A stretch of 63,984 nt of DNA, counting the filler, from Chiloscyllium plagiosum (Eukaryota): assembly GCF_004010195.1 (NCBI RefSeq). It is 5 parts of one record of this genome, joined end to end, with 100 filler letters (N's around TTAATTAATTAA, not from the genome) between each part and the next. Parts side by side here need not be neighbours in the genome. Positions count along the whole stretch, not along the records: positions 1 to 26,034 come from NC_057717.1; 4 more parts are not named here. The stretch is one strand, 5' to 3'. Shown piece after piece: positions 1-13,110 of the stretch; the stretch's first letter is position 1; every line of letters starts with the position of its first letter. The position numbers and the translations under genes were made by a program. Below the pieces are notes generated by a model, which saw nothing but the letters and a program-made list of their open reading frames with translations, had not been told where the DNA came from and did not search any database.

Positions 1-19
1 TAAACCAACATCGGAGACC

Positions 20-530
20 ATTCAAAACAGATTCACTTAGGTGCTTCAAGGATGAAAGGGTTGACCTATCAAGAATAGATAAGCAGGGGTGATCTTATGA
101 AAACAAGATTCTGCGGAGCTTGACAGGGTAGATGTTGACTAGATCTTCTAGCACCAGTGACGTCTCAAACCAGGGGACATTACATAAGGGAACATTCATT
201 TTAGAAAAAGTAAAGAATTTTTTCTCTCAGTGAATGGCTAGAATTTTCTCGCCCAAACAATTGTGAAAGTTAAATGTGGGAGGGGAATGGTTGAGTTACT
301 CTTCAGAGGGTTGTTCTGGCTTGTTGGGCTGAAGGGCCTGTTTCCACACAGTAGGGAATCTGTGATTCTATTTCAAATTATTTTAAAAGAGGGCAGATAG
401 ATTTTTGAAATATTGACCAGTTGAGGGCTATGCGGATCAAGCATAAAAGAGGTGTTGAGGTCTGGGTTGGCCAAGCCATGATCTGATAGAATGGAGGATC
501 AAGTTGAGGGCGATAAATGCCCTACTCCTG
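20..530 (+). mobile_element. Decayed CR1-type LINE 3' end remnants
   Basis: Degenerate CR1 ORF2 C-terminus and 3'UTR-like sequence (agattcacttag...gatgaaagggttgacctat...; gggctgaagggcctgttt), resembling better-preserved copies in this window. Confidence 0.55.
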
Positions 531-844
531 CTCCGATTTGTAAATGTGTTTTTTTGTTTCCAAAGAAGAACGAGATACAATGTGCTAAAGATCTCAGATG
601 TTGTGAAAAGGAGTGAAAATTGGGTGTTTCTGTACTGATTCAGATGGCATTGATTCATCAATCACAGCTATACAGTTATGAGTAGGAAGGCAATTCCCTC
701 CATGAATAAAGGAAATCTACTGCAGAGCTCACACAAAGGGAATTCTTACCCTCAGCAAACTCTCCCATCACATTCCCCAACATATCAGCTGAAGCGCATG
801 CTGAAGCCAACAAAGTGACCCGAGGGTGATTGATATCAACACCG

Positions 845-1270
845 GACCAATGAAAGGACGGTGGGCGGATCTGGAGGACCTAGCGGGTTGTTGGTCCTCC
901 AACCAATCAAAGTGAATAAAGGGCGGAGCTAAACAACCATGTGATCACCCCCGCGCGGGGCGCAGAGTCGCTGTAATGAATGCTCGGGAAGTTATGGAGA
1001 GAAAGGATACGGTAAGGAAAGAAATAAACATGGAAACGGGAGAAAGACTGTGTTGCTATGAGCGGAGAGGTTTTACAAACAAATTGTGCACGTCGGAAAA
1101 CACAAATTTGAACGTCCCAGTCCCGTGTTTGCAGTAAATGAGGAATGGCCTCAGCGCGGCTGCAAGCCTGAGTGAGCGCCGCCATCTTTATTCGGGACAA
1201 TGATTCACTGGACATGTGCACCGTCGCCATCTTTGTAAGGGGCAAGGTGCAGCCAGGGGCAAGGTGCAGC
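845..1270 (+). promoter_or_regulatory. CpG-enriched promoter-like segment (2 CCAAT boxes, GC boxes, 2 YY1-type motifs)
   Basis: CCAAT at ~847 and ~903, GGGCGG at ~863 and ~921, GCCGCCATCTTT at ~1178 and GTCGCCATCTTT at ~1223; CpG density above the flanks. Confidence 0.45.
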
Positions 1271-2379
1271 CTTTCTCCAGGAAAGAGACATTGTGATCAT
1301 AGCAGCTCATACTGTTCTGATTCATTTCTGGGCTCCCTCATGACCACTTTGTCAATGTCTACCTTCCTCAGTCTCGAACCATAAGTGTATTTTTGGTCTG
1401 TTTAGTACTGTATTATTACTTTTATAGACTTTTTGTAAATTAGTTTTTCACTGCGGCCCAGCCCCTGACCATGTGCTGCTCTATTATCAGATTACTTTTT
1501 TTCTTTTTCATTCCCTGTAATTCATTTTGCACTCCCTTAAACATCAACTGTGTTTCTCCTTCCACAGATGCCAGTGATTAATGCCAAAACCCTGGAGCCT
1601 GGGGAGAGTGTGATGTTTGACTTTCTTGTACAGCTGCAGTTTATGGGGTGAAGGTGCTCCCACAATGTGGTTGGGTAAGAGACATTACAGATTATTCATT
1701 ACAGCAACAGTGTTTATTTGAAGATAATGTCCAAATCAAGAACAGTTTGTAGTTTTATTATCATGCTTTTAATTTCACAAAAATACGATCGAGAACTTTA
1801 GCTATAAGGCCAGAGATGGAGATTTTAGGTCAGGTGACCAAAAGCATTGCCAAAAAGCAGGTTTTGAGGGATGTCTTAAAGGTGGAAAGCAGACCTGTGA
1901 GGTTTTGTCTGCAAATTCCAGACCATGTTGCTTTAGTAACTGTAGAATCAGCCACACAGTTGAAGTAATGAATTAACAAATCGTTGGGAGTCTCGAAGAA
2001 AATGGGTTGAGACCTCGACAAAGGATGTGTGGTGCAGGGAGCTAGGGATGATAACACCCAGGAATCAAATCAAGAATGAGAATTTTAAATTGTTGTTGGT
2101 TCTGAATAGGAGCCTTTTGACGGATGAACATGTTCGGAGAGAAGTGAGCATGTGGGCGATAGAGCTTTCATTTTTTTCTTGAGATTACAAGGAGGTTGAA
2201 TTTGGGAGGCTGGCCAGGAGTGTGTTTGGATAATTAAGTTTGGAGATAACACACGATGGATGAGAGTTTCAGTATATGAGCTGAGATGAGGGTGGAATCA
2301 GCTAGAAATAGTGGTGTTGGAGTGGGACTGGGCTGTCACTCTCACCTCACCTCTGGGATTCAGCTGGTTGTCAGGTTGT

Positions 2380-4230
2380 GAATCAGGGCGGTAACACAAT
2401 CGGGAGCTGAGTGGCCCTGGTGGAGACTAAAATGAGTGTCACTCAGCTGGCTGTTGCTAAGCACCTGCTGCTAGATAGCTCTGTTGATGACTCCTTCCAT
2501 CACTTTACTGCTGATCGAGTGTGGACTGACAGAGGGAAATTGCCTGAGTTGGATTTGCCCTGTGTTTTTAAGTTGAACATGCCTGGGTAACGTTCCACAT
2601 TGTCGGTCGATGCCAGTGCTGGAGCGGCACGTGATTGGTGGGTGGCAAGTTCTGGAGCACAAGCTATCAGTATTATTGCCAGAATGTTAGCAGGACCCAT
2701 AGCCTTTACACTACTTAACCATTTCTCGATATTGTTCGAACTAAATTGAACTGGCTTAAAGTTGACATCTGTGACGTTAGGAACCACTGGAGAAGGCTGA
2801 GATGGATCATCTCACTTTGCATCTGGCTGCAAATTACTGCAAATGCTCTCATCTTATCTTTTGCATGGATGTGTGAAACCCCTCCATCAGTAAGGGTGGT
2901 GCTTCCTGCAACATGCTGTTTAATTGTTCATTACCATTCACAACTGGGTGTGGCAGAACTCTGATCTGATCCATTGATTGTGGGATCACTTAGCTCTGTT
3001 GCTTGCTGCTGATGCTTTTTGATGTGCAGATAGTCCTGCTTGGTAGCTTTACCAGGTTGGCACTTCGTTTTTAGGTCTGTCTGGTGCTGCTCATGGCATT
3101 CTGTCCTTTGCTGTCCATTGTGATGGGTGAGAGCAGGATGTACAAACCCATGAGATTACAGATTGTGCTGGAGTACAGTTCTGCTGCTGTTGTTAGCCCA
3201 CAGTGCCTCAGAGAGATCCAGTTTGAGTTCCTACCCCTGTCCCATTTAGCACAGTGATAGTACCACTCAGCACAATGGAGATTTTTCTCAACATTAAGGT
3301 GAGGCTTTGTCTCCCAAAAGACTGTGGGATGGTCGCTCTTACCGATACTATCATGGACAGATGCATTTGCAGCTGGCAGATTCATACTGATAAGATCTAG
3401 TATGTTTTTCCCTCTTGCTGGTTCCGTTACCGCCTGCTGCAAACCCTGTTGAGCACCTATGTCCTTGAGGACCCTACCAGCTCAGTCAGTAATCCTGCTG
3501 CTGAGCTACTCTTGGTAGAGGACATGGAAATCCTGTACCCAGAGTAGGCTTGTCACCATTTTATTGCCTCAGTGCTTACTCCAAGTGTTATTCAATATGG
3601 AGGAGCACTGATTCATCAGCCGTGGGAGCATGGTACGTGGCAATCAGCAGGAGCCATGAGACATAAGGTGTCCAAAGTCAATGCTGAGTACTCCGAGGGC
3701 AAATGGTTCCTGTGTATATACCACTGTGCCATCACCTCTGCCTGGTCTGTCCTGCTGGTGGGACAGGACTTATCCAGAGATTTCAGGAGAAAGTGAAGAC
3801 TGCAGATGCTGGAGATCAGAGTCAAGAGTGTGGTGCTGGAAAAGCACAGCAGGTCATCTTGATGAAAGGCTTAGGCTCGAAACGTCGATTCTCCTGCTCC
3901 TCGGATGCTGCCTGACCTGTTGTGGTTTTCCATCATCACACTCTCTATCTAGGGATGGTGATAGTGGTGTCTGGCCATTATCTGTAAGGGGTTACTCTGT
4001 GAGTATGACTATGTCAGGCTGTTCCTTGACTAGTCTGTGAGACAGCTCGCCACGTTTTGGCATAAGAAAAAAAAAACAGATGTTAGTGAGCAGGATGTTG
4101 CAGAGTCGAGAGGGCTGATTCTGTGGTTGTATTTTCTAATACCTTGTTAGGTCCATCCAGTTTCATTCCTTTGTTGAGACTTTGCAGTAATTAATACAGT
4201 GAGTAGCTTGTTGGGAGACTGTCAGGTTGG
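2380..4230 (-). mobile_element. Decayed non-LTR retrotransposon (CR1/L2 group), APE endonuclease plus RT N-terminus
   Basis: Minus-strand ORF fragments PARGKNILDL...SIGKSDH (APE C-terminus), KAMGPANILAIILIACAPELA and SISSKVMEGVINRAI (RT N-terminal region). Confidence 0.8.
3786..3947. mobile_element. Short inverted Penelope pLTR insertion with a degenerate hammerhead
   Basis: Partial inverted repeat (tggaaaagcacagcaggtca / tgacctgttgtggttttcca) around tTGATGA-aaggc...GAAACGTCGA; same family as 47550-47937; interrupts the LINE. Confidence 0.7.
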
Positions 4231-4399
4231 CAGGATTTGTTTCGCCATTGACAATGGTTTCATGGAGATCAGGAGATTCCTAATTCGTTATTTTTTCTTG
4301 AATTCAGATTCTACCATCTGCCGAGCTAGGATTCGAACAAGGACTTCAGTTGGACATTTTAATATTCTGGATAAAAGTTAAATATATTAGGCTTGTTCA

Positions 4400-5400
4400 C
4401 TCATTTTAAATATCACTAACACTGGATTTGTTTCTTTGTAAAACACTGTCCATCATCCTGTCTCCTTCATCCTTCCCTCCAACAACAAGAGCAAGGAACA
4501 CATTGAGTTTCTCTGTCACTAAGACTGAGACAATCCGATCAGCTGCCTCTGCTGCTTCCCTCCCTCCCACTAGCCCACCGAGGCAAACTGCCTTACATGG
4601 TGTTCCTGATTTTTGTTCCAAACTTACATCTTTCTTCAGTCTCTTGTCAAGCCTTATCAGAGCTCACCTTGATCTTTTACTAGTCTCGCTAAACTACAGA
4701 CATTCCAACTCTGTTTCCTCCTCATAACTCCCCCTCGCCAATTCACAGGTATTGTTCCTTGTTCTGTCTGTCTGTCTTTCCTGGTTATGTCCTTCTCATC
4801 CATTCTGCAAAAAAAAACTAACATTTGACCTCACCATCATTTGTCAATCCTGCTCCATCTCACTCTCCCTTTCCTTTCTGAATTTCTTGCATTTGGTGTC
4901 CCTCAAGGATCTATCCTTGGTCCGTCCTGTTTCTCACCTACGCACTGCCAGGAGATGACATCGTCTAAAAGCACTGTGTTAGGTTTCACATGTACATCGA
5001 ATATGTCCAGCTCTCCCTCCCCACCATCCCTCTCCATTGCTCCACTGTTACTCAGTTACCAAACTGCTTATCACATTCCCACTACTCGGTTAACTGCAAT
5101 TTCCTCCAAAGAAACATTGTTACGGTTAAACCCATTACCTTCAGTTGCTATTACAAGTTCCTTTCCCTTACTGCTGAGCCCCTCACTCTCACTGAGTGCA
5201 GTCTGAGATAGAACTACTCTTCACAACATTGCTGTCATATCTGTAACCCCAAGGTGACCTTCTGATCAGACTTCTACGCAATCACAAACACCCGGAATTC
5301 CAAACTCTAAAATGTTGCTTGTCTCCACCTCACCCCAGCTCCATTTCTACTGAAACCCCTTACCCGTGTTGGTGTTACCTTAAACTTGATGAATCTGAAA
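4400..5400 (+). mobile_element. Decayed L2-like LINE RT fragments
   Basis: GVPQGSILGP (RT motif) at ~4895 in a pyrimidine-rich L2-like context. Confidence 0.6.
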
Positions 5401-5597
5401 TGAACCCTTGATTTCGTGACTGACCCAGAATCTGCTAGCTTTCAGTGTTTCCTGCACAATTACCCCCCGATCCCTTTCAACAGTTTCCACCATTTAAATA
5501 GACCTCTGTTCTTTTATTATCCCCTCCCAAATGACCGACTTAACTTTTTCCCATCTGACAACTTGTTTCCCCCTTCTCCTGTGCATCTTTTTTTTTT

Positions 5598-5910
5598 AGA
5601 TTAGATTACATTACAGTGTAGAAACAGGCCCTTCGGCCCAACAAGTCCACACCGACCCGCCGAAGCGAAACCACCCATACCCCTACATTTACCCCTTACC
5701 TAACACTATGGGCAATTTAGCATGGCCAATTCACCTGACCCTGCACATCTTTTGGACTGTGGGAAGAAACCGGAGCACCCGGAGGAAACCCACGCAGACT
5801 CGGGGAGAACGTGCAAACTCCACACAGTCAGTCGCCTGAGGTGGGAATTGAACCCGGGTCTACAGGCGCTGTGAGGCAGCAGTGTTAACCACTGTGCCAC
5901 CGTGCCGCCC
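5598..5910 (-). mobile_element. Full-length tRNA-derived SINE (HE1/V-SINE-like)
   Basis: Reverse complement starts GGGCGGCACGGTGGCACAGTGGTT (A box), has GGGTTCAATTCCC (B box), the V-SINE core TGTGTGGAGTTTGCACGTTCTCCCC and a LINE-derived tail ending in AATCT repeats. Confidence 0.9.
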
Positions 5911-6789
5911 AATCTCTCTTCACAATGCTCTTAGAACTTTACAGTAATAACTTTTCCAGGAGTTCCCCCCCACACTCCACCCCCATTCCTCTAAACATTT
6001 ACTGGGAGCACTGGGCAGTGTGAAGCATGCAGAGTTGCTCTGTTTTTAGAGATGCACTATGGGAGGAGCTTGCAGCCCATTGGTCAGAATGGAGACAACT
6101 TGCCCATCGAGCTGCATGAGCCTTTCACACCCCATGTCTTATTGATGAGGCACAGCAGCAGAACGGAAGGAAAAAAAAGAAGAAGCAAATCCTGCTCTCC
6201 ACATCTCACTGACTCTTGGAATATTCTGTCCCATGTGTCAAACATCAGCCCTGTTCAGTCACATGAAATTCCAAAGTGGAAACACCTAGAAACCCACATA
6301 GATTTCCCACCTGAACTGACTGCTAACCTCCACAAGGGGTAATGTGTCCAGTCATCCTGGGCCAGGAGGAGGGGATGGTGCGAGTTTCTAACCTGAACTG
6401 ACAGAGATGGATTTTATAAACTTGCATTACAGGATACTACAGGTGGACATTCAGCTGGTAATCTCAGTCATTGTAACACCTAACTGTGATTGAATTAGTC
6501 AATTCATCCAGACCTGGATATTCGCATTGTGAGAGAGTATTGTATTCCATCTGAATCCCATTTGCTGCATAAAAGTTCTCCTTTGAATCTTCCCAAACCT
6601 TTAATGTGTGTCCTGTAATCCTTGTATAATGAGCTGATGGGTGTAAGGTTTATTATTATAGCGTGTAACTTTTCTAAACCCCTCTGTCACAGCTCCTCTC
6701 AATTGTCTTTGCTAAACCCCTCTGTCACAGCTCCTCTCAATTGTCTTTGCTACAAGGAGAACACCTCAGTTTCCCCAAACCCCTGATTC

Positions 6790-7013
6790 CCCAATGTCTG
6801 TTTGCTCTCTATAAGGCACACATCAGGATTGTGTTGGAACATTCTCCACTTGCCTGCATCAGTGGAGACACCAACACTATTAAAGAAAGTGAACATCCTC
6901 CAGGACAAAGCATTGTGCCTGAGTGGTGTCCCATCCACCACCTTCAGCATTCCCTCTCCCCACCCCAGAGACACCATGACATCACTGTGTAAAAGGTAAA
7001 GGCAGCATTGTCC
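6790..7013 (+). mobile_element. LINE ORF2 C-terminal remnant (probably the same family as 2380-4230)
   Basis: LYKAHIRIVLEHSPLACIS / ILQDKAL resembles the post-RT region of CR1/L2-group elements. Confidence 0.6.
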
Positions 7014-7541
7014 NNNNNNNNNNNNNNNNNNNNNNNNNNNNNNNNNNNNNNNNNNNNNNNNNNNNNNNNNNNNNNNNNNNNNNNNNNNNNNNNNNNNNNN
7101 NNNNNNNNNNNNNNNNNNNNNNNNNNNNNNNNNNNNNNNNNNNNNNNNNNNNNNNNNNNNNNNNNNNNNNNNNNNNNNNNNNNNNNNNNNNNNNNNNNNN
7201 NNNNNNNNNNNNNNNNNNNNNNNNNNNNNNNNNNNNNNNNNNNNNNNNNNNNNNNNNNNNNNNNNNNNNNNNNNNNNNNNNNNNNNNNNNNNNNNNNNNN
7301 NNNNNNNNNNNNNNNNNNNNNNNNNNNNNNNNNNNNNNNNNNNNNNNNNNNNNNNNNNNNNNNNNNNNNNNNNNNNNNNNNNNNNNNNNNNNNNNNNNNN
7401 NNNNNNNNNNNNNNNNNNNNNNNNNNNNNNNNNNNNNNNNNNNNNNNNNNNNNNNNNNNNNNNNNNNNNNNNNNNNNNNNNNNNNNNNNNNNNNNNNNNN
7501 NNNNNNNNNNNNNNNNNNNNNNNNNNNNNNNNNNNNNNNNN

Positions 7542-9490
7542 CGTATGCCCTCGTTTGTTTTATCAAGATGTAATATTTTGCATTTATTCCAATCCAAAAA
7601 TCCAAAAAAACCCTGAGCATTAAAGACAGCAGGAGTATACTTAAGAGGGAAATCAGGAGGGCAAAAAGGGGACATGAGATAGCTTTGGCAAATAGAGTTA
7701 TGAATAATCCCAAGGGTGTTTATAAATACATTAAGAACAAAAGGGTAACTCGAGAGAGAGAATAGGGCTCCTCAAAGATCAGCAAGGCAGCCTATGCGTG
7801 AAGCCGCAGGAGATGTGAGAGATACTAACTGAATATTTTGCATCAGTGTGTACTGTGGAGAAGGAAATGGGCAATATAGAATTTGGGGAAATTGATGTCG
7901 ACATGTTGAATATGTCCATCTTACAGAGGAGGACGTGCTGGGTGTCTTGTAAACCGTAAAGCTTGGTTAATCCCCAGCACCTGATCAGGTGAACCCTAGA
8001 ACTCTGGGAAGCTGGGATGTGATTGCTGGGCCTCTTGCTGAGATATTTGTATCATCAATTGTCACAGGTGAGATGCCGAAAGACTAGAGATTGGTTAACG
8101 TGGTGCCGCTATTTAAGAAAGGAGGTAAGGACAAGCCAGGGAACTATCGACTGGTGAGCCTGACATTGATGCTGGGCAAGTTGTTGGAGGGAATCCTGCG
8201 GAACAAGATGCGCATGTATTCTGAAAAGCAAGGACTGATTAGTAATAGCCAGCATGACTATGTGCGTTGGAAATCATGTCTCACAAACTCGACTGAGTGA
8301 TTTGAAGATGTATCAAAGAGGATTGATGAGGGAAGAGAGGTGGACATGATCTATGGAATTCAGTAAGGTGCTCGACAAGGTTCCCCATGGAAAACTGGTC
8401 AGCAAGGTTGGATCTCATGAATACAGGGAGAACTTGCTGTTTGGACATAGAACTGGATCAAATGTAGAAGGCAGGGTGGTGGTGGAGGGTTGTTTTTCAG
8501 ATTGGAGGCATGTGACCAGTGGAGTGCCGCAAGGATAAGTGCTAAATCATATATATATGATTTAGATATGAACATAGGAGGCATAGATAGTAAGTTTGCA
8601 GATGACACCACAATTGGAGGTATAGTGGACAGCAAAGAGGGTCACCTCAGATTACAACAAGATGTTGTTCAGATGGGTGAGAAGTGGCAGATGGAGTTTA
8701 ATTCAGATAAATGTGACATGCTGCATGTTGGTAAAGCAAATCTTAACAGGACTGATACACTTAGTGGCAAATTCCTAGATAGTGTTGATGAACAAAGATA
8801 TCTTGCAGTGCAGGTTCATATTTCCTTGAACGTAGAGTTGCAGGTAGATAGGATATTGAAGAAAGTATTTGGAATACATTCCTTTATTGATCAGAGCATT
8901 GAGTATAGAAGTTGGAAGGTCACGTACAGGATGTTGGTTAGGCCACTTTTGGAATATTGCATGCAATTCTGTTCTCCGCCAATCGGAAGGATGTTGTGAA
9001 ACTTGAAAGGGTTCAAAAAAAGATTTACAAGGATATTTCCAGGGTTGGAGGGTTTGAGCTGCAGGAAGAGAGCAAAAAGGCTGGGGCTTTCTTTCCCTGG
9101 AGCATCAGAGACTGAGGGGTGACCTCCATAGAGGTTGAAAAAATCATTGGTAGCATGGATGGGGTAAACAGACAAGGTCTTTGTCTGAGTAGGAGAGTCC
9201 AGAAATAGAGAGCATAGGTTGAGGGTGAGAGGGGAAAGATATAAAAGGGAACTAAGGAGCAACTTTTTCATGCAGAGAGTGGTGCGTGTATGGAATAAGC
9301 TGCTAGAAGAAGTGGTGGAGGCTGACAATTATTGCATTTTAAAGGCATTTTGACTCTTGACAAGAATAGGAAAGATTTAGAGGGATATGGCCCAGGTGCT
9401 GACAAGAGGGATAAGATTAAGTTCGGATATCTGGTCGGCATGGACACATTTGAGCGACGGTTCTGTTTAGTGCTGTTCATCTGTGACTCA
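7542..9490 (+). mobile_element. CR1 LINE ORF2 pseudogene (RT to 3'UTR), 5' end in a gap
   Basis: NVVPLFKKG-KDKPGNYRLVSLT, FSKVLDKVPH, VTSGVPQG, SKFADDT, WQMEFN, VRPLLEYC spread over shifted frames. Confidence 0.92.
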
Positions 9491-10744
9491 CAGCTCAGTG
9501 GGTTTCAGTCTCTTCAAAGATCAATCTTAGTCTGTTTTATTTCAGTAAAGCTACAACAGTCAGTAGGGCGACGGTTTATTTGTTTAAATACACATCTTAT
9601 GATACTTTGATTAAGTTTTTAAATATAAAATATTGGTACTAATTTATTCGAGAGTCGTGTTTTGTAAAGCTGTAAGACTGTGCCTTTTTCTGGGTCTGTG
9701 GTTTGTTAAGGTGCAGAGATGGCCATTCGTACAGTGATGTGTTCTTCCTGTTGGATGTAGGAGATTAAGGCAAGTTTCAATGATCCTGATTGTCTGCAGA
9801 AAGTGAGGATGCAAATCCTGTAGGATTTCATGGACTAGATGGAGCGATGGTTAAAGGTAATGAAGAATTTACAGGAGCCGGGGTGTGTGATAGGTCGCAG
9901 TTTCAGAAAGGAAGGAAAACTGCCAATCCAGTCAGGTAGATGGCTTTCCTTTCGGAAAGGGAGGAGTGGAGGGCAAGTAGTGCAGGAATCTCCTGTAGTT
10001 ATTTCCATCTCCAACAAGTATACTGTTTGGGAAAGCATCGGGTGTCACAGACTCTCAGGGAAATATCGCACTGACAGCCAAGTTCCTAGTGTAACGTGAG
10101 GTATATCAGGTTCCACGCGATCGATGGTGATAGGGGCCTCTCTAGTCTGCAGCACAGAATGCAGTTTCTGTAGCTAACGGTGAGACATCAGAATGGGGTG
10201 GGGTGCCTCCCTAATGTCTGGGTGAAGGATGGCTCCGAGGGTGCAGAATATTCTGAAAGGGGAGAATGATCAGATGGAGCTCGCTGTACATTGGTACCAA
10301 TGACATAAGAGAAAAGGATGAAGTCCTGATGAGGGAATATAGCAAAATAGCCTGGAGGATAATAAGCAGGGTCCTTGTGGGTAGTAATATCTGGATTACT
10401 CCCGGTGCCACATGCTAGTGAGAGTAGGAATAGCAGGGTAGAGCAGATGAATGTGTGGCTAAGGATCTGATACAGGGGAGAAGGATTCACATTTTTGGAT
10501 CATTGGAATCTCTGCTGGGGTAGAATTGACGTGCATAAGAAGGATGGATTACACCCTGAATTGGAAGCTGTCTCATATCCAAGCAGGGAGATTTGCTAGT
10601 GCTACTCGGGAGGCATTAAACCAGTGAGGGCGTGGGGGTAAACATAAAGAGATAGTGAGAAAGGACCCAAGTCTGAGACTGGTACAGTTTAGAAGTTAGA
10701 CAGGCAAGCGCAAGGCACAGAATGAGGTAGGACTGACAAGTTAC

Positions 10745-11552
10745 AATAGACAATAGGTGCAGGAATAGGCCATTCTGCCCTCTGAGACAGCACCACCATT
10801 CATTATGATCATGGCCGATCGTCCACAATCAGTATCCTGTTCCTGCCTTATCTCCGTAACACTTGATTCCATTATCTTTAACAGCTCTATCCATCTCTTT
10901 CTTGAAAGTATTCAGAGACTTGGCCTCCACTGCCTTCTGGGGCAGAGCATTCCATAAACCCTCCATTCTCTGGGTGAAGACGTTTCTCCTCAACTCTGTT
11001 CTACGCCATTCCGGGAATTGACCTCGTGAACCTACCCTACACTCCCTCAATAGCCACAATGCTCTTCGTCAAATGTCGAGACCAAAACAGCACACAATAC
11101 CACTCACCTCGCCTATCCAAGTTAACCTGTATTCTCATAACATCCTCCTCACATTTCACCCTGCCACCCAGCTTTGTGTCATCAGCAAATTTGCTGATAT
11201 TACTTTTAATATATTCATTTATATTATTAATGTATATTGTAAACAGCTGCGGTCCCAGCACTGAACCTTGTGGTACCCCACTAGTCACGGCCTGCCATTC
11301 CGAAAGAAAGCGTTTATCACTACTCTTTGCTTCCTGTCAGCAGCCAATTTTCAATCAGTATATTCCCCTTTGTAAATCCATACTGACTCTGACGAATCCT
11401 ATTACCGCTATCCAAATGAGCCATAATTTCATCTTTTATAATTGACTCCAGCATCTTTCTCAGCACCGACATCAGTCTAACCGATCCATACTTCCTTGTT
11501 TTCTCTCTCCCACCTTTCTTGAAAAGTGGGACAACATTAGCCACCCTCCAGT
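10745..11552 (-). mobile_element. 5'-truncated, internally deleted CR1 inserted into an older CR1
   Basis: Minus ORFs ANVVPLFKKGG, VTSGVPQGSVLGPQLF...SKFADDTKLGG, FTQRMEGLWNALP, plus 3'UTR. Confidence 0.9.
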
Positions 11553-11985
11553 CTGACTCTACATCTCCTGATTCTCTGTCTCCCCCTTCGCAAGGGGCTG
11601 AACGTCATCCCTCACCAACAGGGCCATCCCACCCCCTTTGCCCATCAGTCTGTCCTTTTGATAGCACTGCACTGCATTTATTTCAATGCAAGAGGTTTGA
11701 CAGGGAAAGCAGATGAACTTAAGATATGGTTTTGAACATGGGACTGGGAGAAAGTGGGTATTACAGAAACGTGGCTTAGGTTGGAGAGGACAGGTAGCTT
11801 AATGTTCCAGGGAATAGATGTAAGAGGAAGGTTAGAAAGGGGGATAAGAGAGAAGGTGGAATGGTGTTTTTGATTAGGGATAACATTATTGTTGTGCTTA
11901 GGGAGGATATTCATGGGAATTCGCCCAGTGAACTTACTTGGGTTGAACTGGGAAATAAGAACAGGATGCTCACCTTATTGAGGTT

Positions 11986-12332
11986 GTCTGTGTGGGTTTC
12001 GTCCGGGTGCTCTGGTTTCCTCCCACAGTGTGGGTTTCGTCCGGGTGCTCTGGTTTCCTCCCACAGTCCAAAGGGTGGATAATCCAGGCTGAATTGCCCA
12101 TATTGTTCAGGGATGTGCAGGTTGGGTGGATAATCCAGGCTGAATTGCCCATATTGTTCAGGGATGTGCAGGTTGGGTGGATTGGCCATGTGAAGTGCCT
12201 ACAGTGTTCAGGGATATGCAGGCTAAATGGATTGGCCATGGGAAATGCAGCGTTACAGGGGTAAGATAGGAGGATCTAAGGGTCAGTGTGGAAGTGATTG
12301 GCCGAATGGCCTGATTCCACACTTGGGATTCT
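11986..12332 (+). mobile_element. 5'-truncated HE1-like SINE with internal tandem duplications
   Basis: Core tgtgtgggtttcgtccgggtgctctggtttcctcccacag occurs twice, followed by repeated ~51-bp units (gggtggataatccaggctgaattgcccatattgttcagggatgtgcaggtt). Confidence 0.8.
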
Positions 12333-12493
12333 CTGACGATAATTCTACTAGTTTTAATATAGTTGCAGAAAATAATAGACCAGATCTAAAAGTTTGTGTT
12401 CAAAATTGGACAAAGGTGAATTTTGACGGTACAAGGCGAGAACTTTCAATATTTCCTTGCAACCCCCAGGTAAAGGGATGGCTGGAAAGTGGG

Positions 12494-13110
12494 AACATAA
12501 GAACAGAAGAAATAGGAGCAGGAGTAGGCCATCTGGCCACTCAAGCCTGCACTGCCATTGAATAAGGTCAGGGCTGATCTTTTCATGGCCTCAGCTCCAC
12601 TTTCCTGCTCTCTCACCATAACCCTTAATTTATTTTCTGTTTGCAAATCTACATTTTGCCTTAAAGGCATTCAAGATGATAATGTCAACTGCTACACTCA
12701 GCAGGGAATTCCACAGATTTATAACCTTTTAGCTGAAGAAGTTCCTTCTCAACTCTGTCCTAAATCAGATACACCCTTATTTTGACGCTATGGTCTCTAG
12801 GTTGACCCGCTCCCCCCAATGGAAATAACCTCCCTGCTTCTATCTTATCTATTCACTTCTTAATTTTATTTTTTCCAATACAACCTCCCATTCTTCTAAA
12901 TTCCAACAAGGATAGTCCCAGTCTATTCTGTCTCTCCACATACACCAACCCTCTCAACTCCCGACTCAAACTAGTGACCCTCCTCTGCACCCCCTCCAGT
13001 GTTAGTATATCTTCGCTGAAGTAAGGAGATCAAGCCTATACACAGTACTCCAGGTGTAGCCTCACCAGCACCCTGTACAGCTGCAGCGTAACCATCCCTC
13101 TAGCAAGGAA
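12494..13110 (-). mobile_element. CR1 3' fragment
   Basis: Tail aacataagaacagaagaaataggagcaggagtaggcc and cagtactccaggtg (reverse of HLEYC). Confidence 0.8.

Noticed and set aside
5840..5910. tRNA gene
   Set aside because: It is the tRNA-derived head of a SINE, with the SINE body and tail attached.
6944..7713. Long ORFs spanning N runs (also at 23.1-23.8, 28.5-29.6 and 37.5-38.3 kb)
   Set aside because: They are open only because the bases are unknown.
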